Shown here: positions 1 through 9,399 of the stretch, piece by piece | Numbering within the stretch: the first letter of the stretch is position 1 | Layout of the letters: the number at the start of each line of letters is the position of its first letter | From: Myxococcota bacterium | GTDB taxonomy: Bacteria; Myxococcota_A; Polyangia; Polyangiales; Sandaracinaceae | NCBI GenBank assembly: GCA_036149055.1 | Contig: JAYZQJ010000268.1 | Coordinates: 10,904 to 74,903 of the forward strand | Direction: 5' to 3' | Length of the DNA: 64,000 nucleotides | Notes under the pieces: model-generated | Seen by the model: only the letters and a program-made list of their open reading frames with translations | Told to the model about the DNA's origin: nothing | Databases searched by the model: none | Made by a program: the position numbers and the translations under genes

Positions 1-247
1 GTCGGAGGAGGACCGCGCCACGGTCGACCGCGCGCGGAAGATCCAGAAGTACCTCAGCCAGCCGTTCTTCGTCGCCGAGCAGTTCACCGGCATGAAGGGC
101 AAGTACGTCACCCTCGAAGAGACCATCAGCGGCTTCGAGGAGATCCTCAGCGGCGCCCTCGACGACATCCCCGAGCAGGCTTTCATCTACAAGGGGAACA
201 TCGAAGAGGTGAAGGCGGCGGCCGCGAAGATGAAGAAGGAGGGCTGA
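1..247 (+). CDS. atpD: ATP synthase F1 beta subunit, C-terminal part (5'-truncated by window edge)
   Basis: Frame from nt 2 reads [30 protein letters not shown]...[17 protein letters not shown]; stop TGA 245-247; atpC follows. Confidence 0.97.
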   Translation, partial: SEEDRATVDRARKIQKYLSQPFFVAEQFTGMKGKYVTLEETISGFEEILSGALDDIPEQAFIYKGNIEEVKAAAAKMKKEG

Positions 248-251
248 GGCC

Positions 252-671
252 ATGGCCGAAGCCGAGCTCCTCAGGCTCGAGATCGCGACCCCGGTGGGCC
301 TCGCGCTCCAGACGGAGTGCGAGTCGATCGCCGCGCCCAGCGTGGAGGGCGAGTTCGGGGTCTACCCGGGCCACCTCCCGCTCCTCGCGGCGCTGCGCTC
401 CGGCGTCGTGAAGTACGAGGTCGAGGGCCGCTCGCTGCTCGCGGCGGTGGGACCGGGCTTCGTCGAGGCGGGACCCGAGAAGGTCCTGCTCCTCACCGAC
501 GCCTTCGCCCTGCCCGAGCAGGTCGACGTCGAGTCGGTGCGCGCCGAGCTGGCGGAGGCCGAGGAGAAGCTCGACGGCCTCGACCCCGACGCGCCCCGCT
601 CCGACATGGAAGAGCTGCAGCGCGAGATCGAGTGGGCGCACGCCCGCCTCGCGATCGCCACGCACGAGTGA
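252..671 (+). CDS. atpC: ATP synthase F1 epsilon subunit
   Basis: LEIATP...GEFGVYPGHLPLL...GFVE motif; directly after atpD. Confidence 0.96.
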   Translation: MAEAELLRLEIATPVGLALQTECESIAAPSVEGEFGVYPGHLPLLAALRSGVVKYEVEGRSLLAAVGPGFVEAGPEKVLLLTDAFALPEQVDVESVRAELAEAEEKLDGLDPDAPRSDMEELQREIEWAHARLAIATHE

Positions 672-676
672 GATGG

Positions 677-697
677 CCTGCCCCTCTCAGGGGCAGG
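677..697. terminator. Hairpin between convergent genes
   Basis: CCTGCCCCT-CTC-AGGGGCAGG, overlapping the stop of the opposite gene; no U tract. Confidence 0.45.
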
Positions 698-2183
698 TCG
701 AGGGGTTGACGCCCGGGACCGTCACCGCGACGGTCTCGCCTCCGGCGTCGGCGCGCCAGGCCTGGATCACGTCCGGGAACGACACCGGCGCGCCGTCGAC
801 CTCGACCCGCACGTCGTAGGTGTGCGGCCCGTCGCTCAGGGTCTCGTGCTTCGCGCACGCGGGCCCGTAGACGCCGGGCGCGCGCTCGATCTCCGCCGCC
901 TCGTTGGCGGTGCTCGAGAGATCGGCGAGGGCGACGAGCCGCTCGGAGACGAGCTCGGCGAACAGCGCGAGATCCAGCCGCACGTCGCCGCGCTCCGGGA
1001 CGGTGAAGCCGCGCTCGACCATGCCGCCGCCGATGAGGCTGTCGGTCAGCCCCATCCGCAGGATGAAGGGCGTGGTGACGTGGTTCTCCACCACGTAGTC
1101 GTTCGACGTGCAGCGGTACCCGTCGGGCGAGCCGGTTCGCGCGTGCCAGGCGAGGCAGCTCTCGTCGAGCGCCGGCGCCCACATCGCCGTCTTGGCGGCG
1201 TCGTCCGCCCGCAGGAACGCCTCGGCCGTGCAGAGCGAGCCCTCGGTGCAGAGGGTGGTGCGGGAGAAGTCGAGGCGGTCCAGCCCCACGCCGAAGATGG
1301 AGTCGATCAGGCCGAAGACCCGGAGGGGGCAGCCGCTCGCGTCGCAGGCGCCGTTGTGGGCGCGCAGGGTCGCCGCCACCCGATCGAGGTTGTGGATGAC
1401 CCCAGCGCCCCCCGCCGAAGCTCCGGCGAGCACGACCTCGTCGGCGTCGTCGAGGTCGGGCAGGGTCTCCGCGCCCGCCATCACCGGACCGGCCTCGCCG
1501 CGCAGCGAGGACACCACCGCGTCGATGATGGAGGCGCCGTTGAAGGCGGCGCGGTAGCGCACGGGCGTGCCCTCGGTCGGGTGGGTCCCCTCGACCTCGA
1601 TCGCGGGCTGGCGTCCGGTCCAGAGATCGGAGCTGCAGTAGTGGACGAAGACGTGGTTCCAGCCCTGGAACGGGTTGGCGGGCTGGTCCGCGAGGATCCC
1701 GGTCGCCCGGGTGCCGCGCTCCGGCGCGAAGCGCGAGCTGAGCTTGTCGGCGGCGAAGTTGGTGCCCACGCTGCACCACCGCTGCGCGCAGGCGTCCGCG
1801 CTCGAGCACGCGCCGCCGCCCTGGAGCTGGATGACCCAGCGGTCGGCCGCCGAGGGCCGGGTGGCCCGGCGCACGTACATCACCGCGCCCGTGCCGTCCG
1901 CGCACCGCGCCTCCGGGAAGGCGTCCAGATCGAGGTCGACGCGGACGAGGTCCATCCCCGCCGCGGTGGCGCCGGCCCCGCCCGAGCGCGTGCACGAGGC
2001 CAGGGCCTCGTCGATCGGCGCCGCCTCCGCGCCCCCGTCCGGGACGGCCGCGTCGTCGAGGGCCGCGTCCAGCGCGGGCGCCGCGTCGCCCCCCGCGTCC
2101 GCCGGTCCCCCGGCGTCGAGCTCTGCCCCTCCGTCGCACGCGACCAAGGCCGCGAGCGCCGCTCCCCACCAGACGCTTCTCAT
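687..2183 (-). CDS. Pectinacetylesterase/Notum-family hydrolase, lipoprotein
   Basis: Lipobox LVAC; ARCADGT, LQGGGAC, WNHVFVHYCSSD, nucleophile elbow GASAGG. Confidence 0.85.
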   Translation of the reverse strand: MRSVWWGAALAALVACDGGAELDAGGPADAGGDAAPALDAALDDAAVPDGGAEAAPIDEALASCTRSGGAGATAAGMDLVRVDLDLDAFPEARCADGTGAVMYVRRATRPSAADRWVIQLQGGGACSSADACAQRWCSVGTNFAADKLSSRFAPERGTRATGILADQPANPFQGWNHVFVHYCSSDLWTGRQPAIEVEGTHPTEGTPVRYRAAFNGASIIDAVVSSLRGEAGPVMAGAETLPDLDDADEVVLAGASAGGAGVIHNLDRVAATLRAHNGACDASGCPLRVFGLIDSIFGVGLDRLDFSRTTLCTEGSLCTAEAFLRADDAAKTAMWAPALDESCLAWHARTGSPDGYRCTSNDYVVENHVTTPFILRMGLTDSLIGGGMVERGFTVPERGDVRLDLALFAELVSERLVALADLSSTANEAAEIERAPGVYGPACAKHETLSDGPHTYDVRVEVDGAPVSFPDVIQAWRADAGGETVAVTVPGVNPSTCP

Positions 2184-2254
2184 CCCCCGAGGGTACGGGA
2201 GACTCCCCGCCGAGACAGCTTTTCCCCGAGCGCGGAGCGTGCTTAACCTCCCCC

Positions 2255-3124
2255 ATGCGCCTGCTGTGGGTCGCCGCTCTCCTGCTCTCGGGCTGCCTCG
2301 GGCGAGAGGGTCCGGAGCTTCCGCCCGATGTGGGCATGAGTCACCAGGCCCGTCCGGCCAGCGCCGGCTCGGAGCGGCGCGCGCCGCCCGAGAACGAGGA
2401 GCCGGTCGAGATCGGGACGCCGGTCTGGGCCAACTACCACGACACCGGGTTCTTCTTTCACGGCGTGGTCGTCGAGCGGCGCGAGGACGAGCACCGCGTG
2501 ATCTACGACGACGGCGGGAGCGAGTGGCTCCAGGCCACCGCGCTGCGCCCCGACGCGCTCGGCGAGGAGGCCCGGGTCCACGTGCGCCGCGGCTACCAGG
2601 ACGAGTTCCTCGAGGCGACCGTGCTCCGCCGGCTCGGCGACGCGATCTACGTGCACGCCGCCTCGGGCGAGGCCCGCTGGACCGCCCTCCCCCACGTCCG
2701 CTTCGCCGGCGGCGCCCCGTCGGTCCCGGTCCCGGGCGACGCGCCTCCCGACGCCCCGGCGACGGAAGGCCTCGAGATCGGCGCCCGGGTGCTCGTGAAC
2801 TACCAGCACCAGGGCCTCCGCTTCGTCGGCACGGTGACCGCGCTCGGCGACGACGGTCGCTACCACGTGGTCTACCTCGACGGCGAGAGCGGCTGGGTGG
2901 CGGCTCGCGATCTGACGCCCGAGCAGATCGGCGAAGGCGACGTGGTGCACGTGCGCCGCAGCTGGGAGCCGGCGGAGTGGGTGCGCGGCCGGGTGTCGCG
3001 GCGGGTGGGCCCGGCGCTCCGGGTGGAGCTCGACGACGGCGGCGTCGCCTGGACGGCGCTCCTGCGGGTGCGCCTGCCCGAGGCCGCGCCCGCGCCGGCC
3101 GCCGAGCCCGCCCCGGAAGAGTGA
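2255..3124 (+). CDS. Lipoprotein with four Tudor/Agenet-like beta-barrel domains
   Basis: Lipobox LSGC; duplicated unit IG.xVxxNY...G.V...V.YxDGxSxW followed by VHVRR...WTALxxVR. Confidence 0.7.
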   Translation: MRLLWVAALLLSGCLGREGPELPPDVGMSHQARPASAGSERRAPPENEEPVEIGTPVWANYHDTGFFFHGVVVERREDEHRVIYDDGGSEWLQATALRPDALGEEARVHVRRGYQDEFLEATVLRRLGDAIYVHAASGEARWTALPHVRFAGGAPSVPVPGDAPPDAPATEGLEIGARVLVNYQHQGLRFVGTVTALGDDGRYHVVYLDGESGWVAARDLTPEQIGEGDVVHVRRSWEPAEWVRGRVSRRVGPALRVELDDGGVAWTALLRVRLPEAAPAPAAEPAPEE

Positions 3125-3172
3125 CGCTCTCTGCCTCAAGGATCCGGCCCGGCCGCCGATGATCGGGTCACG

Positions 3173-3565
3173 ATGATCGCCTCGGCCACGGACCCCGCCG
3201 CCGCACCGCGCGTGCTCCTCGTGGACGACGACGAGCACGTGGTCCACGCGCTGACCCGGCTGCTCGGCCGGGCGGGCTGGGAGGTCCGCTCGTCGGCGCG
3301 GGCGTTCGGGGTGCTGAACCTGGTGGCGGAGTACAAGCCCCACGTGATCGTGCTCGACGTCGTCATGCCGGGGCTCGACGGCGGGCAGCTCACCGAGCTG
3401 CTCCGCAGCGACCCCGAGCTCGCCGACACCCGGGTGGTGCTGCACTCCGGCATGGACCCGGCCGAGCTCGAGCAGCGCGCTCAGCTCGTGGCCGCCGACG
3501 GCTTCGTCTCCAAGGGCGGCCGCCCCGCCGATCTGCTCGAGACCCTGCGCCGCTTCGCGGCGTGA
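3173..3565 (+). CDS. Single-domain response regulator
   Basis: VLLVDDD, IVLDVVMPGLDG, FVSK. Confidence 0.92.
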   Translation: MIASATDPAAAPRVLLVDDDEHVVHALTRLLGRAGWEVRSSARAFGVLNLVAEYKPHVIVLDVVMPGLDGGQLTELLRSDPELADTRVVLHSGMDPAELEQRAQLVAADGFVSKGGRPADLLETLRRFAA

Positions 3566-3578
3566 GCCGCGCCCCGGG

Positions 3579-4049
3579 TCACTCGCAGACGCGCTCCTCC
3601 GGCCCGCAGGCGCCGGCCCCGTCGCACTCGCGGCAGCCGCAGGTCTCGGGGATCGAGACCGGCTCGAGCTCCACGACGATCGCGCCGCCGGCGTCCTCGA
3701 GGCGAGTCAGCGTGCAGCCGTAGAGCAGCACGCCGCAGGACGCGTCCCGCACGAGCGCCGAGAGCGCCCAGCGCCCGGACGGCGTCTCTCCGATCGCCCG
3801 GCCCATGCCCTCGGCGATGGGAAAGCTCTGCACGTGGGCCAGGGTGCCGCTCGGCGCGGACGCCGCCGCCTCGGCCGCGGTGGGACACTCGCCGAGCTCC
3901 TTGCGCACGAGCCGCACCTCGACCCGCTCGGCCTCGATCGGGAGCGCCGGCCCGCCGTCCGCGGCCCTGGGGGGCCGAAGCTCCACCGTGAGCGTCTCCT
4001 CGGTGGCGCAGCCGGCCAGCAGGAGCGTGAGCAGCAGCGCGGCTCTCAT
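3579..4049 (-). CDS. Hypothetical lipoprotein with Cys-rich C-terminus
   Basis: MRAALLLTLLLAGC lipobox; ATG 4049 overlaps the upstream gene stop. Confidence 0.75.
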   Translation of the reverse strand: MRAALLLTLLLAGCATEETLTVELRPPRAADGGPALPIEAERVEVRLVRKELGECPTAAEAAASAPSGTLAHVQSFPIAEGMGRAIGETPSGRWALSALVRDASCGVLLYGCTLTRLEDAGGAIVVELEPVSIPETCGCRECDGAGACGPEERVCE

Positions 4050-4786
4050 CGGATCCCCGGCGCGTCGAGCAGGTAGCGGGTGCCGGTGGCGCTCAGGGCG
4101 ATCGCGACCGCGACCCCGACGACCACCAGGCCGACCCCCACCCAGAACCACGGGCTCTCGATCGCGGGCGTGTCCTCGCCGGCCGTCGCCTCGGGGGTCG
4201 GCCCCGGCTCCGGCTCCGGCTCGGGCGGCGGCGCGGCGCGGCCCGCCTGCGCGACCAGGTTGCCGTGGGCGTCGAGGGCGCGCACCTCGATCGGGCGGGC
4301 CTCGGCCGGCGGATCGACCTCGCGCGCCTCGCCGTCCCACGAGAGCGTCCGCTCGAAGCCCGCGCCGCGCACCTCGAGCACGCGGACCAGGCCGTCGGGC
4401 GCGTCGGCCACCCTCACCCCGATCGGGGCGTCGTCGCCGCTGATCTCCAGGACCACCCGGGCGGCGCGGGTCGGGCGCGCGTCGATCGCGAGCGTCTCCG
4501 GCAGCGCCAGCGAGGGATCGAGGGCGAGCGCGAAGCGCGCGTGACGGTCCGCGGCGCCGGTCGAGCCGAGCGCGGCCAGCTCCGCGAGCCGGAGGTGCAC
4601 CCGCGCGAGCCCGGGCGGCGCCAGGCGACCGCTCTCGAGCGCCGCCCGGTAGAGCCGCTCGGCGTCCTCGTGCCGGCCCTCCTCGAAGGCGGCCTCGGCC
4701 TCCCCGATCGGATCGGCCTGCGCGGCCCCGAGGGCGGCGGGCGCGGCGGTGAGGCAGAGCGCGAGGAGCGCGGTGGCTACTCGCAA
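4046..4786 (-). CDS. Secreted TPR-like protein with C-terminal TM anchor
   Basis: Signal-like N-terminus from TTG 4786; helical TPR-like segment; ESPWFWVGVGLVVVG anchor typical of myxobacteria. Confidence 0.7.
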   Translation of the reverse strand: MRVATALLALCLTAAPAALGAAQADPIGEAEAAFEEGRHEDAERLYRAALESGRLAPPGLARVHLRLAELAALGSTGAADRHARFALALDPSLALPETLAIDARPTRAARVVLEISGDDAPIGVRVADAPDGLVRVLEVRGAGFERTLSWDGEAREVDPPAEARPIEVRALDAHGNLVAQAGRAAPPPEPEPEPGPTPEATAGEDTPAIESPWFWVGVGLVVVGVAVAIALSATGTRYLLDAPGIR

Positions 4787-4965
4787 CGCCCCTGGACGCA
4801 GCGCTGGGCGCTGCTGCAGTCGTTGGCGTGCCGGCACTGCTGACAGCGCTGCATCACGCAGTGCTCTCCCTCGCGGCAGTTGTCCTGCTGCTCGCAGTGG
4901 GGGTAGCCGGGGCCACAGCCGATCGCCGCGGTCAGAAACACGAGAGCCGAGATCCATCGTCGCAC
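4777..4965 (-). CDS. Small Cys-rich lipoprotein (62 aa)
   Basis: GTG start after GGAGG; MRRWISALVFLTAAIGC-GPGYPHCEQQDNCREGEHCVMQRCQQCRHANDCSSAQRCVQGRCE; seen only as the tail of a long ORF in the track. Confidence 0.7.
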   Translation of the reverse strand: MRRWISALVFLTAAIGCGPGYPHCEQQDNCREGEHCVMQRCQQCRHANDCSSAQRCVQGRCE

Positions 4966-5000
4966 GTCCACCTCCGGAGGCCGGCGGATGCTACCGCGCC

Positions 5001-5975
5001 TCACGGTTTCAGGACCACCTTCCCCGTGACCTTTCGGTCGGCGAGATCGCGGAGCGCCTGGGCGCCGTCGGCGAGCGGGTAGGCCTTCGAGACCAGAGGC
5101 GACAGCTCGCCCGCCGCGACCCACTGCCCGATCTGGCGGAGCTGCGCGGTCGCCGCCTTCGGCTCGCGGGCCAGGAACGCGCCCCAGAAGACGCCGACCA
5201 CCGCGCAGCCCTTGAGCAGCGTGAGGTTGAGCGGCACCGAGGGGATGTCGCCGGCCGCGAAGCCGACGACGAGGAAGCGCCCGTTCCACGCGGTCGCGCG
5301 GAGCGCCGGCTCCGAGTAGGGGCCGCCCACCGGATCGACCACCACGTCGGCGCCGCCCCCGGTGAGCTCCTTCGCGCGCTTCTTGAGGTCCTCGCGGGAG
5401 TAGTCGATCACCTCGTCGGCGCCGATCGACTTGCAGACCTCGAGCTTCTCCGGGCTCGACGCCGCGGCGACGATCTTGCCCGCGCCCATGCGCTTCGCCA
5501 CCTCGATGGCGGCGGTCCCGACGCCCCCCGCGGCCCCGAGCACGAGCACGGTCTCGCCCTCGGCGAGCTTCGCGCGGTCCTGGTAGGCGTGCACCATCGT
5601 GCCGTAGGTCGTGGTGGTCGCCGCCGCGACGTCGTAGGAGACGCCCTCCGGCATCGGCAGCACCCGGTCCTCGCCGATGAGCATCAGCTCCGCGAAGCCG
5701 CCCCAGATGCCGAGCGCGACCACGTCGTCGCCGGGCTTCACCCGGGTCACGCCCTCGCCGACCGCGCGGACCACGCCCGCGACCTCGCCGCCCGGAGAGA
5801 ACGGCGGCTCGGGTTTGAACTGGTAGAGCCCCTGGATGATGAGCAGGTCGGGGAAGTTCACCCCGGCGGCCTTCACCTCGACGAGGACCTGCCCCTTGCC
5901 CACCTGGGGATCGGGGACCTCCTGATAGGCGAGCTTCTCCGGCCCGCCGAGCTCGTTCATCACCAGCGCCTTCAT
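5001..5975 (-). CDS. NADPH:quinone oxidoreductase (MDR/zeta-crystallin family)
   Basis: AAGVNFPD, PFSPGGEVAG, GAAGGVG, GKVVL. Confidence 0.93.
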   Translation of the reverse strand: MKALVMNELGGPEKLAYQEVPDPQVGKGQVLVEVKAAGVNFPDLLIIQGLYQFKPEPPFSPGGEVAGVVRAVGEGVTRVKPGDDVVALGIWGGFAELMLIGEDRVLPMPEGVSYDVAAATTTTYGTMVHAYQDRAKLAEGETVLVLGAAGGVGTAAIEVAKRMGAGKIVAAASSPEKLEVCKSIGADEVIDYSREDLKKRAKELTGGGADVVVDPVGGPYSEPALRATAWNGRFLVVGFAAGDIPSVPLNLTLLKGCAVVGVFWGAFLAREPKAATAQLRQIGQWVAAGELSPLVSKAYPLADGAQALRDLADRKVTGKVVLKP

Positions 5976-5984
5976 GGGCGCGCA

Positions 5985-7025
5985 TCATAGACGAAGGCGG
6001 CGGCTCGCGCGCCGCGTCCACCGCTCCTCGACCTCGCGGAGCCGCCAGCCGTCGTCGCTCCGCGGCGCCTCGGTCGCGATCACCGTCACCTCGCCCGAGG
6101 GCGGCTCGACGATCACGCGCCCATCGAAGACCAGGATCCGCTCGGCGGGGGTCTCGACCGACACCAGGTCCGCCCCGTCGATCCCGCCGAGCGCCCCGCT
6201 CGCGTCGAGGGTGGGCGGCGCGCGGAGCGAGGGCGGCGCGAGGGCCCCGTCTCCCCCGCGCACGACCGAGCGCGAGCGGGCGTCGTCGCTCGTCGCGGTG
6301 GCCACCGCCCACAGCCCGGCGCCCTCGAGGTCGGGCACGACGAAGCGCCAGGCGCCGGGCGCGAAGAGGAGGAGGCGCCCGTCGACGCTGACCCCGGGCA
6401 CGCCCACCACCGCGTCGAGCCCGGCCGGAGGCGCCGGCGCGACGACCTCCACCTCGCGCACCGCCGCGGATTCCTCCAGCCGGGCCGCGCCGCGCTCGCC
6501 GGGCGCGAGCGTGATCGGCTCCGCGATCGCGAAGCCCGACGGCGTGACCTCCTCCCCGTCGATCGTCTCGAGCTGCGCGAAGATCGTGATCTCGCCGGCC
6601 GGCACGGTGAGCTCGCAGCCTCCTTCGCAGGGCACCGGGAGCGCGGCGGCGTCGAGCGCGAGCGGGCCGGCGAGACCGACGTGCACGCGATCGGCCGCGC
6701 CGGGGACCGAGACCTCGACGGTCGCGGTCGGAGGCGTCGTGAGCGTCCGGAGGGGCACGGTGAGCGCCGCCGCCTCGAAGCCGACCCAGCGCTCGGCGCG
6801 GAAGCCCTCCGCCTCCACCCGGACCACGTCACGCGCCGAGAGCCGCACGAAGCCGTCCGCGTCGGTGCGCGCCTCGTCCACCCGAGCGCCCTCGATCGGA
6901 ACGCCGTCGGCGTCGACGACGTGCACCTCGAGGTGCTCGCCCGGCGCGCCCCGGGTGCCGCCGCCCTCGATCGGAGCCGAGGTCGACGCGCAGCCGACCA
7001 AGGAGAGCACCATCATCCACCGCAT
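5985..7025 (-). CDS. Hypothetical lipoprotein with carboxypeptidase-regulatory-like beta domain
   Basis: MRWMMVLSLVGC lipobox; VVDADGVPIEGARV...TDADG. Confidence 0.65.
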   Translation of the reverse strand: MRWMMVLSLVGCASTSAPIEGGGTRGAPGEHLEVHVVDADGVPIEGARVDEARTDADGFVRLSARDVVRVEAEGFRAERWVGFEAAALTVPLRTLTTPPTATVEVSVPGAADRVHVGLAGPLALDAAALPVPCEGGCELTVPAGEITIFAQLETIDGEEVTPSGFAIAEPITLAPGERGAARLEESAAVREVEVVAPAPPAGLDAVVGVPGVSVDGRLLLFAPGAWRFVVPDLEGAGLWAVATATSDDARSRSVVRGGDGALAPPSLRAPPTLDASGALGGIDGADLVSVETPAERILVFDGRVIVEPPSGEVTVIATEAPRSDDGWRLREVEERWTRRASRRLRL

Positions 7026-7044
7026 CGCTGGCATCCTACTCCCC

Positions 7045-9393
7045 GTGACGACGTCGAGCGCGCCGCCGATCTTGACGCCCCTGGTCGGGCGCGCCGGGCT
7101 GCTGTCCGAGGTCCGCGCCTGCGCCGCGCGGCTGGTGACGCTGACCGGTCCCCCCGGCGTGGGCAAGACGCGGCTCGCGCGCGAGCTCTTCGAGGGGCGC
7201 GGAGAGGGCGCCACCTGGGTCGACCTCGGCGGCGCCGTCGCCGAGGACGAGGTCCAGGCGCGGGTCGCCGACGGGCTCGGCCTCCGCCCCAGCTGGCTCG
7301 AGCCGGTGGATCTCGTCGACGAGCTCGGCTGGGCCATCGAAGGGCGCGGCGAGACCTGGGTCGTGCTCGACGAGGCCGAGTCCTGCGTCGACGCGCTCCG
7401 CCGCGTGCTGCCCCGCTGGCTCGCGCTCGCGCCCGAGCTGCGCGCGCTCGTGACCAGCCGGGAGCGGCTGGGGGTGGCCGACGAGGCGCTCTTCGACGTC
7501 CCGCCGCTCGAGCCCGACGAGGCGGTCGCGCTGCTCCGGGCCAGGAGCGGCCTCGAGACCGGCCTCGAGCCGCTGGCGGCGGCCCTCGACGGAGTCCCGC
7601 TCGCGCTCGAGATCGCGGCCGCGCGCCTGACCCTGCTCTCGCCCGACGCCGCCGCCGAGCGCCTGCCTTCGCTGCTCGACGTGCTGACGGCCCGCGGCGG
7701 CCGCGCGCGCGGGTCGCTCCGGGACACCCTGCAGGGCGCCTGGCTCGCCCTCGATCCGGAGGACCAGCGCGCGCTCGCCCGCTGCGGCGTCTTCGCCGGC
7801 CCGTTCACGGTCGACGCGGCGGAGGCGGTCGTCGGCGAGGGCGCGCTCGACGCGCTCCAGCGCCTCCGCGATCGCTCGCTGGTCGCGCGGCGCGGCGAGC
7901 GCCTCCAGCTCTACGCCCCGATCCGCAGCTTCGCCCGGGAGCAGGACGCGGGCGACGGCGCCGATCGCCACGCCGCCTACTTCGAGGCGCGCGCCGAGCG
8001 GCTCGACGTCTCCTCGCTCGACGAGCTGCGGGCCGCGCACGCCCACCGTCCTTCGCGGCCCCTCGCCCTCGCGCTCGCGCGCCTGCTCGTCCGCCGTGGG
8101 CCGCCCACGGAGGCGCTCGACGCCCTCGAAGATCACGACGGACCGGTCGTCGACGCGCTCCGCGGCCGGGCGCTCGAGACCCTCGGCCGGATCGACGACG
8201 CGGCCGCCGCCTTCGCCCGCGCCGGGGACCTCGCCGCCCTCGCCAGCGCCGATCTCGCCCGCGGGCGGATCGAGGAGGCCCGCGCTCACGCCCAGCGCGC
8301 GGCCCTGGCCTCGCCCGGAGACCCGCAGGCGCTCCGGGCGCGCGCGCTGGTCGCCCACGCAGAGGGGCGCCTCCCCGACGCCCGGGCCGACTACGGCGCG
8401 GCGCTCGATCGGGCGGCGCCCGGGAGCCGCGAGGCCGCGCGGCTGCGGGCCGACGTCGCCACCGTGCACCTCCAGCAGCGCCGCCTCGCCGAGGCCCGCG
8501 AGGGTCTCGAGGCGGCCATCGCGGCGCTCGACCCGGACGACGCCCCCGTCCCGCTCGCGCTCGCCGAGGGCAACCTCGCGATCCTGCTGCAGGAGCTCGG
8601 TGAGCTCGACCGCGCCGAGGCCCTCTTCCAGCAGGGGATCGCGCGCCTTCGCGAGGTCGGGCACCTCCTCTTCACCGCGCACCTCGTCGCCTACGCGGGC
8701 GCGCTGGCCCACGAGCGCGGAGACACCGGCGTCGCCGCCGAGCGGTACCGCGCCGCGCTCTCCAGCCTGCGCCGGATCGGGGACGCTCGGCTCGTCGCGG
8801 TCACCGCGAGCGCGTTCGGCGCCCTCGAGTGCGCGCGGGGACGGGCCGAGGCCGCCGACGAGCGCTTCGAAGAGGCCGCGCGCGCGGCGGCGGAGATCGG
8901 CGACCCGGGCGTGGCGCGCACCCTCGCCTTGCATCGCCTGCAGCGACGCCTCCTCGAGAGGGGCGACGTCCACGCCGAGGTGAGCGAGGCGCTCGACGCG
9001 CTCGACGACGACGTGACGCGCCGCTCGGACGACGCGCGCCTCGCCGTCCGCCTCCTCCGCGGCGCCCTCGGGCACGGCGCCATCGTGCTCACGCCCTCGG
9101 CTCATCGCCTCACGCTCCCCGACGGCGCGGCCGTCGACCTCGGCACCCGCGAGCTGCTCTGGCGTCTCGTCGACGCCTTCGCCGAGGCTCGCCTCGCGCG
9201 CCCCGGCGCCCCCCTCGACGTGCCGCAGCTCATCGAGGCGGGGTGGCCGGGAGAGAAGGTCCTGGCCGAGGCGGCGCCGAACCGCGTCAAAGTCGCGCTC
9301 TCCACGCTGCGCAAGCTCGGCCTCCGTCCCTGGATCCTGCGCGGGGACGGAGGGTGGTTCCTCGATCCCTCCGTCCCGCTGCGCCGCGCCTGA
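7045..9393 (+). CDS. STAND/NB-ARC-type ATPase with TPRs and probable C-terminal winged HTH
   Basis: Walker A GPPGVGKT, Walker B VVLDEAE, LVTSRERL, LDGVPLALEIAA; TPR helices; C-terminal GWPGEKV...NRVKVALSTLRKLGL. Confidence 0.85.
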   Translation: MTTSSAPPILTPLVGRAGLLSEVRACAARLVTLTGPPGVGKTRLARELFEGRGEGATWVDLGGAVAEDEVQARVADGLGLRPSWLEPVDLVDELGWAIEGRGETWVVLDEAESCVDALRRVLPRWLALAPELRALVTSRERLGVADEALFDVPPLEPDEAVALLRARSGLETGLEPLAAALDGVPLALEIAAARLTLLSPDAAAERLPSLLDVLTARGGRARGSLRDTLQGAWLALDPEDQRALARCGVFAGPFTVDAAEAVVGEGALDALQRLRDRSLVARRGERLQLYAPIRSFAREQDAGDGADRHAAYFEARAERLDVSSLDELRAAHAHRPSRPLALALARLLVRRGPPTEALDALEDHDGPVVDALRGRALETLGRIDDAAAAFARAGDLAALASADLARGRIEEARAHAQRAALASPGDPQALRARALVAHAEGRLPDARADYGAALDRAAPGSREAARLRADVATVHLQQRRLAEAREGLEAAIAALDPDDAPVPLALAEGNLAILLQELGELDRAEALFQQGIARLREVGHLLFTAHLVAYAGALAHERGDTGVAAERYRAALSSLRRIGDARLVAVTASAFGALECARGRAEAADERFEEAARAAAEIGDPGVARTLALHRLQRRLLERGDVHAEVSEALDALDDDVTRRSDDARLAVRLLRGALGHGAIVLTPSAHRLTLPDGAAVDLGTRELLWRLVDAFAEARLARPGAPLDVPQLIEAGWPGEKVLAEAAPNRVKVALSTLRKLGLRPWILRGDGGWFLDPSVPLRRA

Positions 9394-9399
9394 CGGCGG

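Noticed and set aside
5974..7044. N-terminal extension of the 1139-aa ORF
   Set aside because: Antisense shadow of the lipoprotein gene; the ATPase starts near 7045
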